Below are positions 27,501 through 39,500 of a stretch of DNA of 64,000 bases, piece after piece. Each line of letters begins with the position of its first letter. The first letter of the stretch is position 1. A program made the position numbers and the translations under genes. Source of the DNA: Chrysomallon squamiferum (Eukaryota > Animalia > Mollusca); contig CM022665.1 of the NCBI GenBank assembly GCA_012295275.1, positions 26,846,001 through 26,910,000 of the forward strand, written 5' to 3'. The notes under the pieces are model-generated. The model searched no databases and had not been told where the DNA came from. It saw nothing but the letters and a program-made list of their open reading frames with translations.

Positions 27501-30500
27501 AGTTTGCTTTAAAAGCATGGAGTTGTTTTAGTTGTTTTTTGTTGTTCTTCTTCTTTGTTCATTAATTTTAATATTTTTCAGTGTAAATCTGTTAATATTT
27601 TATTTTTATAAAACATATTTGCAAAGGTGCTGCTTGCATCAGAATTTTTGTTACTATAACTTTTACAAATTTTTATTTTTAAATATTTAAAGTAACAAGA
27701 AGCTAAGATCATTAATTTTGAATAATCTGTTCAATGAAAAATTTAAGGCACTGATATTTCAAAACCTTATTGATATGCTTATAAGTTTACATAAAACTGC
27801 TCCATTAATGATAAAGGAAAGCATGTATATGGTCCAATGTCATATACAAATAACCAAACAAATATACCTTAGTATAAATACCAAAATTAAATACAATATT
27901 TCTATATTCTAAAAGAGTGTCTAAAAGTGAAATTTGACTAGTGAGCTGTGAAATAAATAAATGATAAATTAAAACACTATTTAAAGTAGTTGTGAATTTA
28001 AAAATCTGGAATACCTGAAATGTTTTAGAAGTCTGGGACTGATTGGGTTACGACCACCACCTGGTGGCCCACATGCAGATACCAGAGTCACATCAACAAT
28101 ATCCTGATAATAAATAAATAAATAAATAAATAAATATTTAAAAATAAAAAAATTTTATACTCCAAAGAATCCATTAAATAAATTTTGAAAACTTTGAAAT
28201 TTAAAATTTAATACTTAAGATAGATACAACATATAATAATCTCTTCACATTTGTTTTCTGAAAATAAACAAAACCTGTCTAATGTTAATGATATTGTACT
28301 GTCCATATAAATATTAAAAAATTTATGTGCACATAAAACAGTAATCCTACATAAAAACATGTTAAAATAAAAATAATATGCACCTTCCAAACTATTTTCT
28401 TTGTGTCATAAAATCCTCCAGATTCAAGAAATAACCTCAGCAACTCAAGTGGAGGCTGGGCTCCATATTCTTCAGGGGCAGGCATGTTTAAGTCATCCAC
28501 AAAAACAATCACCTAAACATTTGAAAACACAAACAGTGAGAACATGAAAATAACCAAAAACGATACAAAAAACCAAACTGTGGAAAATGCTAAGTGACCT
28601 TTTTATACATTGGGTATATTATGCTCTATGGCCTTTTCCTGCAGTAGTTATTTTAATAAAATTACATAGTTCTTGACAACACCCAGAGATAATACAGGAC
28701 CAATGAAAAATGATAAGACACATGTGATTCTGTTATAGCTATGTGTTGTCACTGCTAAAATGGTTACTATAAATACAGGAGATGACAACATCATAACAAC
28801 CACAGTATATTTAAGATGCTAATAAATGTGAAATCATTGCAGAAAAAACAAACTTTTCTTCCTTTTGGTGCTCCTAATGAATCTTTGCTTTTTTTAATCA
28901 GTTTGTGCATAATCTGAGCTTGAAGTCTAGCAGAGCTTGTCTGTGCAGAGAACTGGATTGTTGTACTTAGGATACCAGTGCTGAGTTTGGGTTTAGGAGT
29001 CCCAAGATAAACATCCAGATTTTTATCCTCCTCTTCCTCACCAAACTTTGTCAGCATGCTGATGTTTTCCAGCAGTGATGATTGTCTCTCAGAGTACTGG
29101 AAGATGTCTCCAAGGATAGTTCCAGAATTGTATGAAGTGCCACCTTCCTTTTCAAGACGTTTTAACATGTAGTGGATAATAGCAGACTTGCCCACACCAG
29201 AATCACCTTGGAAAAGAAATGAGAATTATTTGTAATTTATTAGCACCATAATCACATCTGAAGACAAATGAGAGATATTTGTAATTTATTAACAACAGAA
29301 TCACATATGAAAAGAAATAAGACATTTTTTTGTAATTTATTAACATCAAAATTACTTAAGATAAGAAATAAGTAATTATTTTGCAAAGTGAAATTTGTCT
29401 AACATGCATAGATAACCTGTGTTAAAACAAAGTGTGGAAATGACTTATTACAAAAATATTTTAAAGTATTGTAATTAAAAGAAATTCATTATGAGAACAA
29501 ATATTTACTAAAATACCAACACAGAATAACTAGTAATTTGCTGATCACTAACATGCTAGCCAGTAAGAATCAAATATTACTGAAATCAACACACAAACCA
29601 GTCAGAAAAGTGTTTGTTAAATAGTAACATATTTACCAGTAAGAAGACTTTGATATTTCCTGAACATTACAATACTAATCTTTAAGAAGAACTGATGTTT
29701 TTAGAACACTATAGTATCAACCTGTCAGATGAACAGGATAGTTTCAGAAAACTAACTAAGAGCTGCTAAACACAGTAATATACTAACCTGTGAGAAGAAC
29801 TGGATGTCACTGAACACTAACATACTAACCTGTAAGAAGAACTGGGTGTTTTCTGCACACTAACATACTAACCTGTAAGAAGAACTGGGTGTTTGTTGAG
29901 AACTAACAGACTGGTCAGGAATGAGAATCTCAGAATGTCAACAGTCTGAACAATTTCTGCTTCCTTTGGTTCATAACTCTTTTTTGTGCCAGTTGTGACA
30001 CCCATTGTCTCCCCTATAGTTATCACTGCTCCCTTCTCTATCAGAGACCTTGTGGAAGGTACAAGAGTATCCCAGGGCACAAAATGTCCACTTTCCAGAT
30101 CTATGAAGTAACTGAAGATACTTCTACTACCAGCTGGCAGTCGGATACCTTTTACAATACAGTGATATTAAAGTTATTATTAATAAAAATAATCTTAAAT
30201 TTGTTTAAATTAAAGTTTTCTAAAGTTTTTTGTCTTGCAAAATGATGTTTAATATTATTATTATATGTTAGAATATGCAGATTTACATGTCTTGTGTTGG
30301 AACAGAAGTTTGTAGCATTATTAAATAAGTATCATTTGAGCATGTGATTTTGTTTTGCATGTGACTGAAATATATGACATATGTATGTATTCTGAAAGGT
30401 GAACAAAATAGCATATAAGCCTATAAATCTCTGTACAAATATATTTAAAGTCTTTGAATTTCACTTAAAAAATGCAGTGAACTTCTGTTGTAACCCAACA

Positions 30501-33500
30501 GTTTATTCTTATCAATCATAAGACATGACATTATGAGATACTCTTCGATAAAAACTTTTAACAAACAAAATTCCCTTAAAAGCTACATAAATAACAATGA
30601 AATGAATAGGACTGGAGAATGTTTTGAGCTTGCAATTAATCTACTGATTCCTAGAGAGGTGGATAACAAGTGTCTGTAAATAAATTATTAAATTTTATAA
30701 AGCTGGATAGCATTTTAACATGATTAACCATTGAAAATTGCAGGACTAACATTTCAAAACATTAAAAATATCTTTAAAATAAATAAAATTTAGTTATTAC
30801 CAAGTGGAGGTTCTATTTCAAAGACCTCTCTCACAAAATTGTCAAACTCAAAGCAGATGTTGACATCTTTTTCTATTTTATCAGCCCCACGGCGGTTCAC
30901 TGTGTCGTCATCATCTCCATCCTCCTGTCGTTTCAGTGTGCCACCCATACTCCAGGCAAATGCAAACACAAACAGCTTACCAAGGAGGTTTGGAAGTTGG
31001 CTTGGACTCTTCATCAAAAAGAATTGCTTTGCTCCACTATATTAAATAAATAAATAAATAAATAAATTTTTTCATAAATTTTGTTTTTAAATAATGAAAT
31101 TAATTAATTGATTAATTGAAATAAATAAAAATAAAAATAAAAATAAAAATAAAAAAAATAAGAAGTTAGAAAATGAGAAAAATTAAATTAAAAAATAAAT
31201 ATGTTTCAATAAATACAAATAATCACTAAAATTTACTCATATTAGTTTATAATTCAGATGATATTGCTAGTTTAATCTACTATTTTGCCATTAGTCAGGA
31301 ATGACAAATAAGAATTGTATATTATTACTATTTCAACACATGAGTATCTTCTGAATAAATCTATGACTTTCTGCACATTCATGGAAAATACATTGTTACT
31401 ATGAATGTAAAACATTTACTAATACCTGAATTGCTGTTGTTTTTTTCTCAAGAGAAATAAAAGTGGTGTATGTACAAACCTGGCATGAGAAGTGTGATGT
31501 TCATCCATGCTAGGAACATTAAGTTTTTGTGATTTCTTAACTCCACGTCGCTTAGATCGAGATGAACGACTTGAAGTGCCATATGCAGAACTGCGACTGG
31601 AGGTGCGACTGTCAATACTATTTGGATGAGGCTCTTCTTTATCTATAAAAAATATAATTAAAAAAATAAACAGATAGATAAACAAACAACAAGCAAACAA
31701 ACAAACAAATAAATAAATAAACAAACAAACTTTATTAATATAAATCAAAACAAGAACTCTTATGTGAAATAGGATTGGATTAAAATATTAAAGAAAAACA
31801 CAAAACAGTTGTGTGCGACAGTTATGATGTCATTTAACAAGTTTTTTTTATTTATCACTTCTTAATTTTTTAATTTTGTCATATAATATTAACTTCTCTT
31901 ATTCTTTATACCTGGATTTCCAAAGCCTCCATTTTTGCTGATGAAATCTAAATAAGCCATTAGAATGTGACACAGGTTTGATACAATGCTCAGTTCAGGA
32001 GCTGGTATCATCTGAAAACGTTTGTATTTTCTTAGGAAAGCTAAACCCTTCCCTATGCTTAGTTCAAAGAGAGCCTGAAGGTGATGTTTCCCACTGTCTG
32101 GAAGATCTCTGGGCAAATGCTGAAGCCAAGTTTTTACAGAAGGTCGCCAACCTAGATCTACGGGATCCTTTAGAAATATATTAAAAGATGTTTGAATGAA
32201 GTAATTTATTTTATGTTAGAAAGTTAAGTATATAATAATATAGATTTTGAAATTATTTTTTAAAGAATATATATTTATACTGAAACAAATATTTTGTTTT
32301 TAAATTAATTAATGAAGGATACAATGAAAAAAGCATAATGTTTCAAATATGCTCATTTAGAACATAATATATCTTTCACTGAATCCTTCATATATTAATT
32401 TTTAAAAAAACACACACATAAACACACACGTACAGATTATATATATATATATATATACACATATGGAAAAAACAACCAAAAACCCCAAACAAATCCATTC
32501 TAACTGATATCCTGATATAACCTAAATCTTTTTTTTACAAATGTCAAGTCCACTCAAAATATAACAATTAAAAAATAATTGTTTACTTTTTCTAAGGATG
32601 CATAACTATGATCATTTCAGTTATAAATGTAAGGTTTACTAATGTTATCTGAGTTAAATAAAAGACTGGAGAATATAGAGAAAAACCATACAGTGTAGAA
32701 ATATCTTTCCAAAATGTGTAATACTGAAAATTAATTTAATAGAATTTTGGGTAAGAAACAGATTTTTCTTTTACATTTTTATTACTTTCCTTCCTTCCTT
32801 CTTTCTTTCTTTCTTTTCTTTCTTTCTTTCTTTCTTTCTTTATTAAATTGATAGGGGTTTATACAAAATGACATTAAATAAATCATTATAAAAGAAATAA
32901 TGACACTCACCATGTACACCATGGCACATCGACTGATAGTGGCTGGACTGGCCTGTGACAAGTTGTCCACTTCAAAAATCAGTCTCATTCCTGGGGTCAG
33001 ACTGATGCGCTCACCATTGGGCAAACACAGAACTTTAGAGTCATCCAGCACAGTGTTGAGATTTTCAACCCATAGTGTGTCCACTGGCCCATCCAGTATC
33101 AGCCAGTACCAGTTTGTTATCATACTTTCAGCCATTTCTCTCTTTGCTGCCCCATCCTCCATCATTGGTGTCCCTGGGTCAAGATCATGTACTGCTGCCC
33201 CACTGGAGTCTGTTCTGAAGCTACTCTGTAAATCATTCAATTTAAAATAGATGTAACAAATATTTTCAGGAACTGTACATCATATAAACACACACACAGT
33301 TTTCATAACTTGTATAATTTAAACACATGTTCACACCCAAACACACTCATACATACATGTATGTTGTAAATTATACAAATTATGTAAACAGTAAGAAATT
33401 ACACACTTGTTTTATTATGCCAGTGTAAAAATTATATGAAAACTATTTTCAACCATGTATTAAGTTTTAATTTTTTTTGTAACTGTATTAATAATAATAT

Positions 33501-36500
33501 GTTTCCTTGAAATAATAAATTTAAAAATTATGGCTTTAGTTTCTGATTTTTCTGAAATGGAAAAGATAAAATAACAAAATTTATTATTACATTTAAATGG
33601 TTTAATAGTCAATGAGAGACATCAAAAATTTATTGCAATGTAAATAAGTATAAAACTTCTTGACCGCAAAAAATTTAGATTATAAAAATAATTTGTTAAC
33701 TTGAATTTGTGATACAAGAGTTGTACATAACTTCTGCAATTTAGATTTTTATAATATCATTTATTCAACTTATAAAATATGAAATTAGTGTATAAAGTTA
33801 CTAAATGTATGATTTAATTAACAGAATGACAAGAAAAGAAAAGAAAAAAAAAAAGTCCAGCTTTAAAATGTTATTTTATTTCAGATCACTATACAAGAAG
33901 TTTATTGTATGTATAGTTTTATTTTCTGAATAAATATTTATCTAAAAAATATTTATTTTAAATAAAATAAAAATCCATTAACATCACAGCTATTTGCCTG
34001 TAATTTTACACTGTATTTATTAGAAAATTTATAAATTAAATAACAACAACACTATAATGATAATAATAATACTGAAAATGAAAAACAGTGGTAATAATAA
34101 TATTAAAAACGAAAAGGAAAATGATAATGATAATAATAAGCACCTGAAAACCTAAAAATATAAATTTTTGAGAATAATATGTTTGAAATATGAAGAAGAA
34201 AAATGAAGAAAATAAATGGAAATTCAAATGCAACTGAAAGTTATTTAAAATTTATATACATTTAATTTTAATCTATGCAATATTAAAATAATGGATTTTT
34301 TGCTTCAAATTCACTTTATTATTTGATGGTTTTTTGTCTGGATTTGTTTCCTTGACTACAATCTGAAGTTAAATGAAAATATTAAAAATAAAATATATAT
34401 ATTAGAAAATAAGCTAAAAAAATGAAAGAATAGTCATATAAACTAAATGAAAAATATATATCTTTTTGTTGTTGTTAAAATAAACAAAGAATGAGAATTC
34501 CCAACAATAGCACCAGATTTTGAGAAAGATTATTTTAACAAGGAAGACACATGTAAAAGTTATTAATATCCTTTTCCTCATATTAAACACTTAATGCAGA
34601 GAATTTGCAAGTTAACTTTTATAATAAAAAGAAAATTATTTCTAATGTAATTCCTATTTTTCATTCAGTAATAACAGATAATTTATTATTATTATAAATA
34701 TCAAAAAACATATACCTTTCACATAATTATATAAAATATCTCTATTACATAATTATAGGAGAACTATAAACATAAAAATATAGGTAGCTTAAATAATATA
34801 TTCTGCATGCAAGTAGTAAAAATGTGATTAAAATGTTAGTCCTGATTTCAAATTAATTTATAAGCTTGAAAATTCGAAAAATCTTTTGATTAAAATTTCA
34901 GGATTTCCATGCATTTCTTTAGAGAGCATTATTAATGTTTTCTTTTAAATATAATTTAACAATAAAGTCAATTAAAAGCTATTGGACAGAAATAAACAGA
35001 GACTCAGAGAGATATATAAAGATTTAGATAAAAGGTACCAAAAAAGAAAATTTATAAAGTAATAATAATGGTAATAATAATAATAATATTTAAGGAAAAA
35101 AAAAATTAATAAAACAAAAAATAATATTTTACCTCTTAACAGCTTTGATATATGATTTAAAAAATTTATTTTTTAAACTGCTAAAAAAAAAACAATTTTT
35201 ACAGAATGCTCACCTTCATCCGAAACTAAAAGAGATAAATAATATATTTGTTTTCACATACCTGTGTGAAAAAACCCTGATTGATACTGTAAATATTTTA
35301 CAGTATACATAATGCAGGAAAATAGAGGGAATAATTAAATAATTCTATAAATTTACTGGATGAGAGTTGGAAATTAATATATGTCCAAAGACAACAAAAA
35401 TCAAAATAATATAAATGGCTGACAGAATAGAAAAAGTAAAAGTTAATTTTACTTCTATTAAAAAGTTAATTTTATTTTTTCTTTGTTATCTACATCCATT
35501 TTTTAACCTTTTCACATCAAATAAAAAAGTATATATATTAATATCGAGCTTCTAAGAAACTAAATAGTCTGTTTTTTGTTGCAGCTAAATAATTTTTATT
35601 ATTTTAATAATTAATTAACAAATGTTTTATTATTGTTAATTAATTAACCTAGTGTTTTTTCTCTTTGTTGTTAATTAATCAAATATTGTTCTTTCTAAAT
35701 AAAATTACATTTTAATAAATGGAATAATGATAAGCAAAATAAAAATAGCACTGTAGCTAACAATGCCACACCAAAAGCTCAATTCCCATCTAATATAAAT
35801 TAAACTAATAACAAACATAACTAAAAGTGTGTGTATGTGTGTTTATGTATGTGTGTGTATGTGTATGTATTGTATGTGTGTGTGTATTAGAACTATTACA
35901 AATGCATATATATTTTCATATTTATACACAAAAGTAATTATTTAAAGGATATAAAAATATTTCTTTTCTATTAAAAAGGAGGAGGAATGATAAAGCAGAA
36001 TAAAAGAAAATATTCTACAAAACCTTACAAAACATACCTTGAATTGTTTAAAACTTGATGGCTAAAAAAGTAGACAAATACTAAACAAGCTGAACCAAAA
36101 TGAAAACTAAACAAAATGAAAACCTATTTATATATATACCTATGGAAAATGAAAATATAAATATGTACACACACACACACAAAATAAAGATGTATGTACA
36201 CAAAACTATTTTAAAGGCCTAAATGAAAATTAATGTTACTGTAAATAAAAATAATAAAATAAATTTTCCAAAAAATATCTATAATAAACAAATCTTTGAA
36301 AATGTTTACCATTACTGAGAAATATAAATAAATAAATAAATAAAATATAAAAATACAAAAGGAGTAACAATTTATAAAAGTAAAATACTTTTGATAACTG
36401 TAAACATCACAGCCATATTTTGGTACTAAAAGACACTGCAACTAAATCACCTGCAGCAAACTTGATTTTGAAAACAAATAATAATAACAGCAAGCACTAA

Positions 36501-39500
36501 AACCTAATCTTTGAGAATCAAAAACAGCATCAGTGATGTGAACAACAACAAAAATTAATCTTAATTATTTTTTAAAACAAAAAAGCATTCAAAAAAGCAA
36601 CAGCAGTAACAGTCAACAACATCAACATCAAAAAACAAACAAAAAAATAAATAAAATGACAACAACAGCAGCACTCCAGAGAAATATACCTGGGAATGTA
36701 ATGACATGTCAGTGGTCCCCGTCATCGATGTCTGACTTCGATCTTGACCTTCCTCGCTGGCTTGAGCAGCAGCACTTGATTCTTTAGCGAAGGTGCGAGT
36801 TGCTGAGGCAATGAGTCCATCTGTCCATTCAAATGTGGTGGGGTTTGTTTCTCCATACAACTCACCCAGCTTCACACATTTTGGATTTATAAGAAAACTT
36901 TCAACATGACCTTTTTTACTTCGGGAATTCTAAAAAAAAAGAAGAAAAAAAAAGTAAAATGGATGATGTATTTATTTATTTTTATTATTTTAATTATTCA
37001 TTCTATTATTATTATTATTTTTTTTTAATTGGTCTTTTTATTATACAGCTTTAATTATTTAAGGAAAAGAAATTTGTTTCAAATAAAATTATGATTTCAG
37101 TCACATTAATAATTTATCATTATTATTTTTTTTAAATTATTAAAGATTCACAATAATAAACTTTGAAGATATTTACAAGTTTACTTGCCATATATGCTTT
37201 TTTTTCAGTCTGTGCTTACTGATTTAACATGTATTAATTTGGTTTTTATACAATTTACAATCTGAAAAAATAAAAATTCTTCAAGTTTTATAACTTACCA
37301 AGATACTGTGACGTTTTTCTCCAGGTTCAGCTGATTGGGTTTTGTCCATTCCTGCTATAGTGGGTAATAAGACCAGTGTCTTCTGTAAAATCTGTCGAAT
37401 TGTTGTTTTTCCACCACCAGTTGGTCCTACAAGCATGACACCATGACGAACCATGATCTGACTGTGAAACTGTTTGACTTTCTCTATTTGATTGCTCCAG
37501 TGCTGTAAACCTAAATCTCTTATTGCCATAGAAACAGCTTTCTGAAGGAGAAAAAACCCCAAACAAAAACAACAATATAGGATCTTGTGTAGGTAAGTAA
37601 ATTCAACTGAAAAATAATGATTTAACAGTTTGATTCAATATTACATAGCAGGAGAATTTTTTTTTTTAAATGAATTTATTTTTAAAATTAAAACATTTTT
37701 ATTAGACATGAAATAGAGATCACATGATTGATTGTTGTTCTCTTTTTAATTTTAATAATTAAACTGGATGTTATAAATATTGGCTTTTAATATTTTGTTA
37801 AGTTTCAAATACACTTTTTTGAGAAATATAGGATTTTATAAAACAAAAAATAAATAAATAAAAATAATAAAATAAAATAATAATAATAATAATAATAAAA
37901 ATACAAATTAATTTCAATCAATAAACTGAATTTAATAAGGAACTGATCTCAACAGATATTATTGGCTTTTGTAGATTATAAATAAATGGGGGTTAAAAAC
38001 AGGAATATCAAATAGTTACATTTGGCTTTTCACGATTATAAATAAATAAATCAAAAAGAATACTAACCTCCAAGATGCCACGATCTCGTTCTGGAGGTTC
38101 AATTCCAGGAAAGAGATCAGCTAGAATACTCTGAAACAAAGGAACATCTTCTGAGAGGAACTTTGGCAAGTTAGCATCTCTCAGGGAGTGTATCAGTATG
38201 TAGGATTCCTCTGCTGATGAGAGTTTCTTTATGGTGTTGTCATTTCTGAAAATCATAGCAAAAACAATTTTAATTTCTGTAAGTCAGGAAAAAATTATTT
38301 TCCATAGATCACAAAAAAAACTAATTTTTATTTTTATAAATCACCAAAAAAAGTTAAAAAAGAAAAAAAGGAAAAAAAGGAAAAAAACACAAAAATAAAT
38401 AAATAAATAAATTAAATGTTTTAATTCTCTGCAGATCACAAAGACCATGTTAATTCTACTTCAGCACAACACAGAATAATCTGCACACATCCATTAAAAA
38501 CAACAATGTTAAACTCAATGTAATCAAACTAAAAAATCCATACATTGGATACTTAAAGCTAAGAAACTGAATCATTTAATAATGTCAGTAAAAAAAAAAG
38601 AAGATTTACTGATGCTGAGCATGTCTGCGGCCATGTCCTGCCATCACTAATACTGATTTGATGGCCCTCATCCCGAAATCGTAATGGTCTTGTTGTGACA
38701 GCTGTTTGCTGGCCAAGTTGTACAGGTTCACTATTTTATAAGACAGCGATTTGGCCTCAACAAATCCTTCAGAGAAGAGCATGATTTCAGCAATCAGGGC
38801 ATAGTCTGGCACCATCATAGCCACAGAACGAAACAGTGACTTGAGATTGTCTGGAAGCTCAACTCTGCCGGCATATCTGTCACAGAAAAATATTAGATAT
38901 TAGTTTTCTTCTTCTGTCTTTCTTTCTTTATTTATTTATTAATATATTTTAGATGGTTGAAAAGATGAAATTTACACATATGGCCTGTTCTTCTGTATTT
39001 CCAGTTAAATGTCATACAATTGAAACAATATAAAATTTTACATTTTTTAAAATATTTTTGTTATATATTTATTTGTTTACTATTGAGTTAAAAATATGAC
39101 ATTCATTTTAAAATTGATTCTTATTGTCAGTAGCAATATATTACTTAATTTAAGGGCTAATTATCATATAAGCTATTAAATAATTGGTCAGTGTATAAAA
39201 TAAATATTTACAAAACTGTATAGAAGACATTTATTCAGCTTTGAATAAATTATTTATAACATTTCAAATGAATTGAATGAAACTGCAGCATAAAAAAGAA
39301 ATATTAAAACATAAAATAAAAAAGGAAGAAGAATAAAGAAAAAAGAAAGGCTGAAAATAATAAATCATTATTTCAGTTGGAATACCAGATTCTGTTCTCG
39401 AAATCATGACATGTTGAAATAACTGAAAGAAACATTTTTTAAATGAAATACTTGTTCAGTCAGCTGAGACAATTATAAAAAATGAATAAAAAAATAAAAT

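Noticed and set aside
29550-29900. Regularly spaced direct repeats superficially like a CRISPR array
   Set aside because: The units are contiguous decaying copies of an exon junction with no unique spacers, no cas genes, and a eukaryotic context
32900-33250. Plus-strand ORFs overlapping exons (also 7975, 14276, 23338, 30839, 43406, 49944, 59032)
   Set aside because: Antisense shadows of dynein coding exons with no separate gene structure
36451-36460. 10-nt candidate microexon TTTGCTGCAG
   Set aside because: Weak acceptor (aaaatcaag) and frame-shifting unless paired with 34144-34151; not supported enough to list
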